A stretch of DNA of 64,000 bases from Candidatus Nitrospinota bacterium M3_3B_026 (lineage in GTDB: Bacteria > Nitrospinota_A > UBA7883 > JBPRGF01). Positions 45,522-55,573 of this stretch are shown piece after piece. The notes under the pieces are model-generated. The model worked only from the letters and a program-made list of their open reading frames with translations, made no database searches and was not told the origin of the DNA. Each line of letters begins with the position of its first letter. The first letter of the stretch is position 1. The position numbers and the translations under genes were made by a program. The stretch is taken from contig JBPRGF010000023.1 in NCBI GenBank assembly GCA_051418015.1, positions 96,001 to 160,000 of the forward strand, read 5' to 3'.

Positions 45522-45986
45522 ATGCCGACGACAGCGGAAAGTGGATATCCGGCATCCATGTCCGGCCTGGCCGATCTTTTGCGCGAGCGCGGGGTGACCT
45601 CCACCCTTCAGCGGGTGGAGATAGCACAGGTCATACTGACAAAGTTGCAACATCTGTCCGCCGAGGAGGTCATGGCGAAGGTCAACCGGGGCCGTCACGT
45701 GGTCTCGAAAGCCACCGTCTACAACACCCTCCGGCTCTTCGCGAAGAAGGGGCTCGTGCGCGAGGTGATAGCCGACCCCACGAAGGTATTCTACGAGCCC
45801 GTGACCACCGAACACCACCACTTCTTCAACACGGAGACGGGCGAGCTTGTGGACATCGAGCCGGGCAGGATAAAGATAAAAGGCGCTCCCCGGCCTCCCG
45901 AGGGGACGATGCCCGTCGGCGTTGACGTCGTGGTGAGGATAAAAAGCGCCAGCAATAACAACAAAAGACCCGCCGCCAAGGCCTGA
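45522..45986 (+). CDS. Fur-family regulator, Irr-like (HHH motif, no CxxC)
   Basis: TLQR, HLSAEEV, VSKATVYNTL, EHHHFFNTETGELVDI; TGTTATACT extended -10 at 45488-45496. Confidence 0.85.
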   Translation: MPTTAESGYPASMSGLADLLRERGVTSTLQRVEIAQVILTKLQHLSAEEVMAKVNRGRHVVSKATVYNTLRLFAKKGLVREVIADPTKVFYEPVTTEHHHFFNTETGELVDIEPGRIKIKGAPRPPEGTMPVGVDVVVRIKSASNNNKRPAAKA

Positions 45987-46093
45987 GTTTTCCCGATGAT
46001 CGGGGATCCGCCCGCCGGAGCATTCCCCGCTTTCGAACATCCTTTCCGTTTCGGGTTAACCGCTCATCCCGCAATCCGCCGTGGAGGCGCCAC

Positions 46094-47008
46094 ATGAGAG
46101 CGTCGTTTGAAAGCGGACTGGACGGGATCAGAAAAGACAGGAGCAGGGGCGCGGGCCAGCTCGCCGAGGACGGCCTCAGGCTGATCGCGGGCGCGCTGAA
46201 GGAGCTTTCGCGCGCGGCGCCGGGAAAGGTCCTGGACGAGGGGCGGCGCATGACGCGGGCGCTGAAAGGCGCGCGGCCTTCGATGGCGCCGATATTCAAC
46301 TGGGCGGCTTTTTTACTGCTTGAGCTTGAGAAGACGCTCGGGGAAACCGGCGTCCTGGACCCGGGCGCCATAGAGCAGGCCGCCTCCCGCGTCCTCGGCC
46401 TCAAGCGCAAGACGATGGACAGCCTCGCCGCCGAAGGGCGCGGGCTCCTTGAGGATGTGGGGGTGGTGTTCACCCTGAGCTATTCCTCCACCGTGGAGAG
46501 GATCATCGAAAAGGCCCACAGGGACTTGAGGGTCATCGTCGCCGAGTCCCGGCCCCTCTTCGAGGGCAGGAGGCTTGCCGCCTCCGCGCAGGCGTCGGGG
46601 AAGGGCGTGGAGGTTGTCACCGACGCCCAGGCCGGTCTCGCCGTTCGCGAGGCGGAGGCCGTCCTCCTGGGCGCGGACGCTATTCTGGGCGACTTATCCG
46701 CCGTGAACAAGGCGGGCAGCTATCCCGCCGCCCTGGCCGCGCGCGACCTTGGGAGGCGCGTGATAGCCGCCGCGGACACTTTCAAGGTCAATCCATGGCT
46801 TGCGGCCGGGGCCGTGGAGCTTGAGGAGGGAGACGGAGGGGAGGTTTGGGCCGAGCGCCCGGAGCTATGCCGCAACGTCTATTTCGAGACCGTCCCGGCC
46901 AGGCTGATAGACGTATACCTCACGGAAAAGGGGCCGCTCTCCGCGGAGGAGATGACAGCCGAGGTCAGGCGAATCGAAAAGCTGTTCGAGTCCGCTCCCG
47001 CCGCCTAA
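46094..47008 (+). CDS. eIF-2B alpha/beta/delta-family (IF-2B) protein
   Basis: [43 protein letters not shown]. Confidence 0.82.
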   Translation: MRASFESGLDGIRKDRSRGAGQLAEDGLRLIAGALKELSRAAPGKVLDEGRRMTRALKGARPSMAPIFNWAAFLLLELEKTLGETGVLDPGAIEQAASRVLGLKRKTMDSLAAEGRGLLEDVGVVFTLSYSSTVERIIEKAHRDLRVIVAESRPLFEGRRLAASAQASGKGVEVVTDAQAGLAVREAEAVLLGADAILGDLSAVNKAGSYPAALAARDLGRRVIAAADTFKVNPWLAAGAVELEEGDGGEVWAERPELCRNVYFETVPARLIDVYLTEKGPLSAEEMTAEVRRIEKLFESAPAA

Positions 47009-48504
47009 AGGAAAAAGATCACCGCCAGCAGGCCGGTGACGGACATGGTGATGGTGTAGGGCAGGGCCAGGAGCACCATCCTGATGTAGGAGAGGCGTAT
47101 CAGCGCCGCCACCGAGGAGGTCAGCAGGAACAGGAACGCCGCCTGCCCGTTCGGTGTGGCCACGGAGGGAATGTTCGTCCCGGTGTTTATCGCCACGGCG
47201 ATAAGATTCAACTGGTCCCTGTCGATCAGGCCGGACTCGAACGCCGCCTTGGCCTCGGATATGTAGATGGTGGCGACGAAGACGTTGTCGCTTATCGCCG
47301 ACAGCGCCCCGTTGGCGATGTAGAAAGCGATAAGCTGGCTGTGCCCTTCCATGGAGAGGGTCCAGTCTATTACCGGCCTGAACAGGCTCTGCTCATGGAT
47401 TATCGCCACTATCGCGAAGAAGACCACCAGCAGCGAGGTGAAAGGCAACGCCTCCTCGAAGGCCCTCCCGATCCTGTGCTCCTCGGTGACCCCGTTGAAG
47501 GCGGTCAAGAATATTATAACCATGAGGCCGATGAGCCCCACCTCCGCCACATGGAAAGCCAGGGCCAGGATCAGGATGATTCCCACCACGGCCTGGACGG
47601 CGAGGCGCGCCTTGTGGCGGGTGTCCATCTTGACGCGCTCCTTTTCCTCGTATTCCCTCAGCACCGCCCGGACAGGCTCCGGCATGATGTAGCCATATCC
47701 GAACCATCCCAGCTTCTCCACCAGAGCGCAGGTAAGCAGACCCACCGCGAGGACGGGCATGGTCACCGGGGTCATTCGCATGAAAAACTCATAAAAATGC
47801 CATCCCATCTCGTGGGCGATGAGCAGGTTCTGCGGCTCACCCACCAGGGTGGTCACTCCCCCGAGGGCCGTCCCCACCGCGCCGTGCATCAGGATGTTGC
47901 GCAGAAAGCCGCGGAAGTTCTTCAGGTCCATCTTGTGGAGTTCCTCGACGAGGTCGTCGTTGGTCACGTCGTGCTCGAGCTCCGGCGCCTTGGCCGAGGC
48001 GAACTTGTGATAGACGGAGAAGAACCCGGTGCCCACGGCGATGATGACGGCGGTGACCGTCAGCGCGTCCAGGAAGGCGGAAAGAAACGCCCCCAGGAAC
48101 GAGAACAGGAGCCCCAGGAGTATCTTCGACCGGATCTTGACGAAGATGATGGCGAATATGAAAAGCAGAAGCTCCTTCATGAAATAGATGCCCGCCACCA
48201 TGAACATCAGCAGGAGTATCACCGGGAAGTTGTGCGCCACCTCCTCGTAGACCTGCTCCGTCGTCGCCATCCCCAGCGCGATGGCCTCCACCGCGAGCAG
48301 CCCGCCCGGCTGCAACGGATAGCATTTCAGCGCCATGGCCAGGGTGAAGATGAACTGGGCCATCAGGACCCATCCGGTGATGAACGGCCCGGCGGTGTAC
48401 AGCAGGATGGGGTTGACGATCAGGAACGCCTGGATGAGCCTCTCGTACCACCATGGGGAGTAGCCCATGAAATTGTCGGAAAAAGCGGAGATCAGCGATT
48501 TCAT
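47005..48504 (-). CDS. nhaB: Na+/H+ antiporter NhaB
   Basis: [76 protein letters not shown]. Confidence 0.95.
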   Translation of the reverse strand: MKSLISAFSDNFMGYSPWWYERLIQAFLIVNPILLYTAGPFITGWVLMAQFIFTLAMALKCYPLQPGGLLAVEAIALGMATTEQVYEEVAHNFPVILLLMFMVAGIYFMKELLLFIFAIIFVKIRSKILLGLLFSFLGAFLSAFLDALTVTAVIIAVGTGFFSVYHKFASAKAPELEHDVTNDDLVEELHKMDLKNFRGFLRNILMHGAVGTALGGVTTLVGEPQNLLIAHEMGWHFYEFFMRMTPVTMPVLAVGLLTCALVEKLGWFGYGYIMPEPVRAVLREYEEKERVKMDTRHKARLAVQAVVGIILILALAFHVAEVGLIGLMVIIFLTAFNGVTEEHRIGRAFEEALPFTSLLVVFFAIVAIIHEQSLFRPVIDWTLSMEGHSQLIAFYIANGALSAISDNVFVATIYISEAKAAFESGLIDRDQLNLIAVAINTGTNIPSVATPNGQAAFLFLLTSSVAALIRLSYIRMVLLALPYTITMSVTGLLAVIFFL

Positions 48505-48649
48505 GTCAAGCGGTCTTTCACCTCGGGAGCGTGGTTGATCTTCAATAAGACGTCTTTGTTTTCAATCTTTTCCTGCGGCGCTGGATCGAGAGAAAATCAT
48601 ACAGGCGGAACGCCGTTCAGGCAAGAATTCTTTTCACGGAGGGCGTTTA

Positions 48650-49474
48650 TCACCGGAGGGCGTCGTGGTCCATATGGGCTCCAAGCTCTTCGCTCATGAT
48701 TTTTTTCACTTCTTCAAACTCCGCGGTCAGTTCGCCGAGCTTTTCATCGAGGTTCTCCACGCCGCCTGCTCCCGCGGCGGCCTCTATCGCCCTGGCTATC
48801 CCGCGCATCTTCTCCGCGCCGAACTGCCCGGCCATTCCTTTCACGGTGTGCGCCCCGATGTGGAGCGTCTGCGCGTCCTTTTCCGCCAGGGCTCTTTTCA
48901 TGCTCTCCAGGCGTTCACGCACAACCCGGAAAAAAGTCCTGGCGAAGATGGCCGTCTCCTCCCTGTTTCCGCCCGTTATATCGTCGATGATCGCAAGGTC
49001 ATAGGGTCTGCTTTCGCCCTTCTCCGTTGCGCTCGCGGGGGAAGGGGGTTTTTTCAACGCCGCTCCTTCTTTCGATATGCCGTCCAGTGTTTTCAGGAGT
49101 TTTTTGACGTCTATCGGTTTGGTGATGAACCCGTCCATCCCCGCGGACTCGCACCTCGTTTTGTATTCATCCAGCGCATACGCCGTGACGGCCAGGATGA
49201 CGCAGCGCCCCCCGGAGCTTTTTTCCCTGTCCCGTATGATGCGCGCCGCCTCCAGCCCGTCCATCTCCGGCATCTGAAGGTCCATCAGGATGATGTCGAA
49301 CCCGCCCTTATCCCACGCGCGGACGGCCTCTTTTCCGTTGCGCGCGATGGTGACGGAGTGGCCGCGGCTTTCCAGGATGGTCTGGAGCAGGTCCTGGGTT
49401 ATCGTGTTGTCCTCGGCCACCAGGATTTCAAGACGGCCGGAGTCCTTTTCGCTCTTGTAGTCTTTCCCACTCAT
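48650..49474 (-). CDS. Receiver + HPt phosphorelay protein
   Basis: AEDN, LMDLQMPEMDG, TAY, KP; C-terminal AHTVKGMAGQFGA. Confidence 0.88.
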   Translation of the reverse strand: MSGKDYKSEKDSGRLEILVAEDNTITQDLLQTILESRGHSVTIARNGKEAVRAWDKGGFDIILMDLQMPEMDGLEAARIIRDREKSSGGRCVILAVTAYALDEYKTRCESAGMDGFITKPIDVKKLLKTLDGISKEGAALKKPPSPASATEKGESRPYDLAIIDDITGGNREETAIFARTFFRVVRERLESMKRALAEKDAQTLHIGAHTVKGMAGQFGAEKMRGIARAIEAAAGAGGVENLDEKLGELTAEFEEVKKIMSEELGAHMDHDALR

Positions 49475-49591
49475 ACGGATCAACCGCCCGGCGCTGCGAG
49501 TTCCGGGCCTGTTTTGCATAGACGCGCGGGTTTTTAATATTATAGCGTGACATCATTTTCAATGCAGGCGAAAAAGGCCCCCAGGCAGCCC

Positions 49592-50446
49592 ATGAACGCG
49601 GAAAACACGGATCCGGCCCTGAAAAGCGTCCTCATCACGGGATGCTCCAGCGGGATAGGGCTGTGCTGCGCCCTGGGGCTTGCCGAGCGGGGCTGGCGCG
49701 TCTTCGCGACGGCGCGGGCCCGGGAGGACGTCGAGGCGCTGACGGCGCGGGGGCTGGAAAGCCGCCGGCTGGACCTTGCGGATCCGCCGTCCATCAGGGA
49801 GACAGCGCAATGGGCCCTGGAGGAAACCGGCGGCGGCCTTTACGCCCTGTTCAACAACGGCGCCTACGGCCAGCCGGGAGCGGTGGAGGACCTTTCCCGC
49901 GAGGCGATCCGGGAGCAGTTCGAGGTGAACCTTTTCGGGACGATGGAGCTTGCCAACCTGCTGATCCCGGCGATGCGCTCGCGCGGGCGGGGCAGGATCG
50001 TCCAGAACAGCTCCGTGCTGGGGCTGGTCTCCGCCCCGTTCCGGGGGGCGTACAACGCAAGCAAGTTCGCCCTCGAGGGGCTCACCGACGCCATGCGGAT
50101 CGAGCTTAAGGGCAGCGGCATCCATGTCTCGATCATCGAGCCCGGCCCGATCCGCACGAAATTCCGCGACAACGCCTACAATGCCTTCAAGAGGAACATA
50201 GACCCGGAAAAGAGCTTCCACCGCGAAACGTACGAGGCCATGGAGCGCCGCCTGACGAAGGAGGGGCCGGCGGCGCGGTTCACACTCGGCCCGGAGGCGG
50301 TCTTGAAAAAGCTGGTGCACTCCCTGGAGAGCCGCAGGCCGAAGGCGCGGTATTACGTGACCGTCCAGACCCACGCCGCGGGTTTTCTCAGGCGCGTCCT
50401 GCCTTACTGGATGATGGACAGGCTTCTCTCCGCTGGGGGCGGCTGA
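49592..50446 (+). CDS. Short-chain dehydrogenase (YbbO-like)
   Basis: TGCSSGIG, NNGAYGQPGAVED, YNASK, IEPGPI. Confidence 0.9.
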   Translation: MNAENTDPALKSVLITGCSSGIGLCCALGLAERGWRVFATARAREDVEALTARGLESRRLDLADPPSIRETAQWALEETGGGLYALFNNGAYGQPGAVEDLSREAIREQFEVNLFGTMELANLLIPAMRSRGRGRIVQNSSVLGLVSAPFRGAYNASKFALEGLTDAMRIELKGSGIHVSIIEPGPIRTKFRDNAYNAFKRNIDPEKSFHRETYEAMERRLTKEGPAARFTLGPEAVLKKLVHSLESRRPKARYYVTVQTHAAGFLRRVLPYWMMDRLLSAGGG

Positions 50447-50516
50447 GGCGAAAGACCCTTTGTGACCCTGCCGGCGCTCAGCGTCTGCCTGCCGGACAAA
50501 CAGGACGATTTACTAG

Positions 50517-50604
50517 ATCCCCCCCCTGAAGGGGGATAAAGGTGGGGGATATTTGTTTTACCCCCCTTCCCTTAAGCCCCCTCCCGCCGGGGGAGAGGAT
50601 GGTG
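50517..50604. repeat. Intergenic C/G-run palindromic element, copy 2
   Basis: TCCCCCCC..GGGGGA and CCCCCTCCCGCCGGGGGAGAGGATGGT, similar to 22473-22546. Confidence 0.5.
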
Positions 50605-50626
50605 TTGGCCGCCGCGGGGGCGCGCG

Positions 50627-51406
50627 CTACCTGCCCATCCCCTCCTGCCCTTCCATCATCATCTCGCTGAAGCTTGTCTTTTTATAGCCCGAGGGTATCT
50701 TGAACTCCGAGGCGGGGATGTCGGCCTTCTTTATGCTGACGACTTCCGTGACCGTCTCGCCTTCGACAACCTCCCGCAGGGGGAATCCCTCCCTCCCCAT
50801 TTTCATGTACTCCGGCGAGAGCTCGGGCGACACGCCGCCGCCCATGCCCATCGACGCGCACTCTTCCATCTTCGTCGACATAACGAAGAGTTTTTCGCTT
50901 TCCGCTCCCAGCTCTTTCATAAGCTTCGGGTCTTTCGTGATCCAGACCTCGGCGTAAGGGGCGCCGTTGGATGTCACCTTGTACTTTATGGTGTCGAACC
51001 CGGCGACCTTGCCGCCGCTTCCCTGTTTCGTGACCTTCACCACCGGCGCGGCCTCCCCGCCCTGGGACTCTCTCATCTGCTCCATCATCTTGCGGGCCTC
51101 GGGCGGCATACCCTTCATCATCTCGTCCATCATCTTCTTCGAGTCGGCGCAGAACTCCTCGGGCGTTCCGCCTATGTAGGATCTCCTTTTGTGGTCGATG
51201 ATGTTCATCACGCCCTTGTTGAGGTCCATTACCATCGTGGTCTCACCCCCCTCCTTGGGGACGCCTTTGAACATGCCCGAGGATATGTACGTCTTGTCTC
51301 CATCGCTGTCCTCGATGATCCATCCGGCCCAGGCGGGGACGGCGGCGAGAACCGCCATGGCCGTCAGGACAAAAAACCATTTCGCCGTGATAACGGTGTC
51401 ATTCAT
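50627..51406 (-). CDS. Exported DUF4412-like protein
   Basis: Signal peptide; KVAGFDTIKY, EVWIT, GFPL, IPASEFKIPSGYK. Confidence 0.7.
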   Translation of the reverse strand: MNDTVITAKWFFVLTAMAVLAAVPAWAGWIIEDSDGDKTYISSGMFKGVPKEGGETTMVMDLNKGVMNIIDHKRRSYIGGTPEEFCADSKKMMDEMMKGMPPEARKMMEQMRESQGGEAAPVVKVTKQGSGGKVAGFDTIKYKVTSNGAPYAEVWITKDPKLMKELGAESEKLFVMSTKMEECASMGMGGGVSPELSPEYMKMGREGFPLREVVEGETVTEVVSIKKADIPASEFKIPSGYKKTSFSEMMMEGQEGMGR

Positions 51407-51646
51407 GTTCGCTCTCCTTCAAAAATAGGCGCCGCCGCGTATGCTCCGCGAAAATCCGAGTATACCAAGAATACCACCTCACACCCAGGGCGGCCCGGCG
51501 GCTTCCTCCGCAGCCCGGGTTGACACCCGGCCCGGGCGGTCTTATCTTTGTGACGCCATTGGGGTATAATGAGTTTTGGACAACTGGGCCCGGTGTTTAA
51601 TTGTTTGAATATCCGGGCTTTTGCAAGAGAGGAGACAGGGAAACAG

Positions 51647-52492
51647 ATGAACGCTATTAAAACTACGCTGCTTCTGGGCGCGCTGACGCTCATTTTGATA
51701 TACGGCGGCGCCGCCCTCGGCGGCCGGGCCGGGATGATGATTGCCTTCGTTTTCGCCGTGGTCATGAACTTCGGGACCTACTTTTTCAGCGACAAGATCG
51801 TTTTGAAGATGTACCGGGCGCAGCCTATCAGCGAAAGCGAGGCGCCGTGGCTGCATCAGATAGTCCGCCAGCTTTCACAAAAGGCGGGGATACCCATGCC
51901 CAAGGTCTACATGATCCCGACCGATCAGCCCAACGCCTTCGCCACGGGGCGAAACCCGAGCCACGCCGTCGTGGCGGTGACTCAGGGGATAACGCGGGTT
52001 CTGGACCGCGACGAGCTGGCCGGAGTGCTGGCCCACGAGATCGCCCACGTCAAGAACAGGGACATACTGATCGGCACGATCGCCGCGACGATCGCCGGGG
52101 CCGTGAGCATGTTGGCGAGCATGGCGCAGTGGGCGCTGATCTTCGGCGGCGGCAGACGCAACGGCGAGGGCGGAAACCCCTTCGTGATGCTTGTGATGAT
52201 GATCCTGGCGCCTATCGCGGCGATGCTGGTTCAGATGGCGGTTTCCAGGACGCGCGAGTACCAGGCCGACAGGACCGGGGCGGAGCTTATGGGCGCGCCG
52301 GAGCCGCTGGCCAACGCCCTTGCCAAGCTCCACGACGCCTCCCAGCGCATCCCGATGAAAGCTGAGCCCGCCACGGCTCACATGTTCATCGTCAGCCCGC
52401 TGAGCGGGAAAGACATGGCCTCGCTCTTCTCCACCCATCCCCCGATGCAGAAGAGGATAGACGCCCTGCTGGAGATGCGGCGGGGAGGGTGA
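51647..52492 (+). CDS. htpX: Zinc metalloprotease HtpX
   Basis: [33 protein letters not shown]. Confidence 0.96.
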   Translation: MNAIKTTLLLGALTLILIYGGAALGGRAGMMIAFVFAVVMNFGTYFFSDKIVLKMYRAQPISESEAPWLHQIVRQLSQKAGIPMPKVYMIPTDQPNAFATGRNPSHAVVAVTQGITRVLDRDELAGVLAHEIAHVKNRDILIGTIAATIAGAVSMLASMAQWALIFGGGRRNGEGGNPFVMLVMMILAPIAAMLVQMAVSRTREYQADRTGAELMGAPEPLANALAKLHDASQRIPMKAEPATAHMFIVSPLSGKDMASLFSTHPPMQKRIDALLEMRRGG

Positions 52493-52496
52493 AAAC

Positions 52497-53192
52497 GTGG
52501 CTCCGTCTGAAAGTAAAAGCCAAAAAAACATTAATGAACTTATCAAGAAATGGAACGGATGGATCAAGGATATAGAAAAAGACCTTACTGAACTACTTTT
52601 GAGCCGTCATTATTACCAAGAGCTTGGAGAGATAGTAAAATCCAATTCAAAGCTCAAAGCCGATCCAGCTAATTTCCATAAATGGATTGTTAAAAATTAT
52701 GGAATCTCGATAGCTGTGGGGATAAGACGCCAGATTGACAGCGACTCCCGTAGCATATCGTTAAAAAACTTCTTGCAGGATGTTAAGAAAAATTTATACT
52801 GTATCACCAGAGACCAGTTTCTGATAGGAAATAAAGCCAATCAAAGATCAAATGATAAAATTAGGAATAGATACTTTGACAAGCTAGCGGGCAAAGGCAA
52901 AAAGTTTGTTGACTCGGATATTATCCAGAAGGATTTATGCGCTCTTTCTGAAAAAAGCAAGATTATTCGAAAATTCGTCAATAAAAAAGTAGCTCATTTA
53001 GACAGAGGACACGCCAAGCTAAAAAATCTTCCAACTTATGATGACTTGGATGATACTCTCGACTTAATGGAAAAAACATTTAATAAATATCGAACGCTTA
53101 TACAATATAGAAGCTATGAGTTAACTCCTGTCGTAATCAACGACTGGAAACGAATATTTACATATCCTTGGATAACTCCTGATCCGATCTAA
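52497..53192 (+). CDS. AT-rich hypothetical protein, possibly HEPN (AbiU2-like)
   Basis: About one-third GC (20/60 in the line counted) within a GC-rich context; helical; RRQID...SISL and NKKVAH motifs. Confidence 0.6.
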   Translation: MAPSESKSQKNINELIKKWNGWIKDIEKDLTELLLSRHYYQELGEIVKSNSKLKADPANFHKWIVKNYGISIAVGIRRQIDSDSRSISLKNFLQDVKKNLYCITRDQFLIGNKANQRSNDKIRNRYFDKLAGKGKKFVDSDIIQKDLCALSEKSKIIRKFVNKKVAHLDRGHAKLKNLPTYDDLDDTLDLMEKTFNKYRTLIQYRSYELTPVVINDWKRIFTYPWITPDPI

Positions 53193-53227
53193 AGCTCCTC
53201 GCCGGAGAAGACGCGAAGCCTACCCAA
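53189..53227 (-). pseudogene. hicA: Truncated HicA-like toxin N-terminus (MGRLRVFSGEEL*)
   Basis: TTG start overlapping the hicB end; 12 codons resembling HicA N-termini; stops exactly at the AT-rich gene boundary. Confidence 0.6.
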
Positions 53228-53447
53228 TAGAGACCTCCAGGCTGGTCACGAAAACTTCCTCATGCAACCTTTCCTTGATCTCGCCGGATGAGGCGGTCTC
53301 GAAGAACAACTCCAGCGCTTCTTTCAGGTTGTCCCGCGCCGCCTCCGCTGTGTCCCCCTGGCTGGCTATGTCCACCTCCGGGCAGAGCGCCACGTAGCCG
53401 CCGCCTTCCCTCTCGATAACCGCCGTGAGCTTGTGAGTCTTTTTCAT
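53220..53447 (-). CDS. hicB: Short HicB-family antitoxin (no DNA-binding domain)
   Basis: LTAVIEREGGGYVALCPEVDIASQGDT.E.A..NLKEALELF; TGTTATAAT at 53482-53474. Confidence 0.88.
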   Translation of the reverse strand: MKKTHKLTAVIEREGGGYVALCPEVDIASQGDTAEAARDNLKEALELFFETASSGEIKERLHEEVFVTSLEVSIG

Positions 53448-53489
53448 TTCGTCTCCAGCATGGCTTTAGGAAAATTATAACACGCGCCA

Positions 53490-54737
53490 TCACCCCAATA
53501 TCCCCACAATGGCCCCGGTCATGCACGTGGCGATGGTTCCCGATACCATCGACTTCAGCCCCAGCGCGACGATCTCGTCCCGCCGCTCCGGCGCCATCGC
53601 GCCGAGTCCGCCGAGCATGATGCCGAGCGACCCGAAGTTGGCGAACCCGCACATGGCGTAGGTCATGATAAGCTCGCTTCGCGGCGACAGGGCGCCCTCG
53701 GGCAGTTTCGCCATCTCGAGGTAGGCCAGAAACTCGTTTAAAACAGTCTTGATCCCCATCAGCGACCCGGCCGTCACGGCCTCGCTCCACGGCACGCCCA
53801 TCAGGAACGTGACCGGCGCCATGATATAGCCCAGAAGCTTCTGAAGTGTGACAGGCCCATCGCCAGCCGCCGGAAGCAGCCCCAGAATCTGGTTCACCAG
53901 GCTCACCAGCGCCACGAGGACGACCAGCATCGCGATGATGTTGATGAGAAGGTCTATCCCGTCCATCGTCCCCTTCGTCACGGCGTCCATCGACGACGAC
54001 GTCTTCCTCGGCGGGACGATCTCCCCGGCGGTGTGCTTCCGGCCCGGCTCGGGGATCATTATCATCGCCACGGTGATCGCCGCCGGGGCGCTGATGACCG
54101 ACGCGGCGAGGATATGCCCCATCGCGTCCGGCAGGACAGGGGTCAGTATGCTGGCGTAGAGGACCATCATCGTCCCGGCGATGGTGGCCATCCCGCAGGT
54201 CATTATGATGAAAAGCTCGCCCCGCGTCACCTCCTTAAGGTACGGCCGGATGAAAAGAGGCGCCTCCACCATCCCAACGAAGATGTTCGCCGCCGCGCCA
54301 AGGCCCGTGGCGCCGCCGATGCCCATCGTCCTGCTCAGCGCCCAGGCGAAGCCTTTTACGATCACCGGCAGGACACGCCAGTGGAAAAGCAGCGCCGACA
54401 GCGCGCTGACCACCAGCACCAGCGGCAGGCCGCGAAACGCCAGGATGAACGAGGAGCCGGGCGATTTTTCCTCGAAGGGGAGTTCGCCGCCGCCGAGGTA
54501 TCCGAAGACGAAGGACGTCCCCGCCGTGGTGGCCCCCTCCAGCGCCTGGACGGCGCGGGTGAGGTAAAAGAAAAGCTCCTTGACGTAGGGCGCCTTCAGC
54601 AGGACGACGGCCAGGGCGAACTGGACCGCAAGCCCGGCGACGGCCGTTTTTACGCGGACGCCGCGCCTGTCCTCGCTTATCGCCCAGGCAAGCCCCGCCA
54701 GGACGAAAAGCCCCATCACGCTCTGAAACGCCATCAT
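53490..54737 (-). CDS. nupC: Concentrative nucleoside transporter (NupC/CNT family)
   Basis: GTSFVFG, ANIFVGMVEAP, GMATIAG, NEFLAY, YAMCGFANFGS. Confidence 0.9.
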   Translation of the reverse strand: MMAFQSVMGLFVLAGLAWAISEDRRGVRVKTAVAGLAVQFALAVVLLKAPYVKELFFYLTRAVQALEGATTAGTSFVFGYLGGGELPFEEKSPGSSFILAFRGLPLVLVVSALSALLFHWRVLPVIVKGFAWALSRTMGIGGATGLGAAANIFVGMVEAPLFIRPYLKEVTRGELFIIMTCGMATIAGTMMVLYASILTPVLPDAMGHILAASVISAPAAITVAMIMIPEPGRKHTAGEIVPPRKTSSSMDAVTKGTMDGIDLLINIIAMLVVLVALVSLVNQILGLLPAAGDGPVTLQKLLGYIMAPVTFLMGVPWSEAVTAGSLMGIKTVLNEFLAYLEMAKLPEGALSPRSELIMTYAMCGFANFGSLGIMLGGLGAMAPERRDEIVALGLKSMVSGTIATCMTGAIVGILG

Positions 54738-54809
54738 CTCTCCCGTATTAAAAGAGAATCAGCGCCCGATTATAACCGATGAGGCGCTAAACGAAAGGGG
54801 GCAGAGGCT

Positions 54810-55451
54810 TCACGGGCGCCGCTCCGGCTCGATCAAGGCCGCCATGAATCCGCCGAAAGGGAAGGCGTTCCCCATGAGCTTCTCCGCCATCCGCGCGTGA
54901 AAGCCCCCGGAAGGGTCATGGATGGCGTAGCGGAACGTCAGCTTGAAATCACCTTCGGTTCGCGCAAGCCACGATTTCACATCCTCCGCCGTGTCCCATC
55001 GCGCCCCGGCGTAGCCGCCCCCGCCGCGTTTCCTGCAATACAGCAGGCTCCGCCTGTTCAAAAGCCCCAGCAGAACGCGCCCTCTCGCCACGCGGAGTGC
55101 CTCCCGCAGGGCGGCCGCGGGGTCGGCCACGAAACACAGGCTCGTCACGGCGGCAACGTGGTCGAAAGACCCGTCGCCGAATGGCAGGGCTCGGGCATCG
55201 GCGAGGACGTACCGCGGGCCTCCTCCCTTTCCCTTCGCGAAAGCGATGGAATCGGCGTCGATATCAGCCCCCGTCACCCGGAGCCCCTTCGCCGCCAGGA
55301 GACGGGTGAAATATCCCGTCCCGCAGCCTGCGTCCAGGACGCTGTCGCCGGGCGCGGCGCTCAGCAGGTCGTCGATCAGGCGGAACTCAGCTTCCCCTAT
55401 CCAGCGTCCTCGCGGCGTGTGATACCACGCCTCGTAGTCCTCCGGCCTCAT
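54810..55451 (-). CDS. Class I SAM-dependent methyltransferase
   Basis: YEAWY.TPRG, VLDAGCGTG, ADARALPFGDGSFD. Confidence 0.88.
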   Translation of the reverse strand: MRPEDYEAWYHTPRGRWIGEAEFRLIDDLLSAAPGDSVLDAGCGTGYFTRLLAAKGLRVTGADIDADSIAFAKGKGGGPRYVLADARALPFGDGSFDHVAAVTSLCFVADPAAALREALRVARGRVLLGLLNRRSLLYCRKRGGGGYAGARWDTAEDVKSWLARTEGDFKLTFRYAIHDPSGGFHARMAEKLMGNAFPFGGFMAALIEPERRP

Positions 55452-55573
55452 TCGTCGCGGCCCTCCATGCAGGACATTGCCTTCCAGCGTGAAACAAAGT
55501 AAATTAATAATGGGTTTACACAAGGCCATTCTAGCCGCTCGCTCAAGTGTCCCGGAAAGGTTTTTCAGGCAGG

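Noticed and set aside
52497..53192. Insertion sequence or integron cassette
   Set aside because: No transposase, terminal inverted repeats, target duplication or attC-like site is visible.
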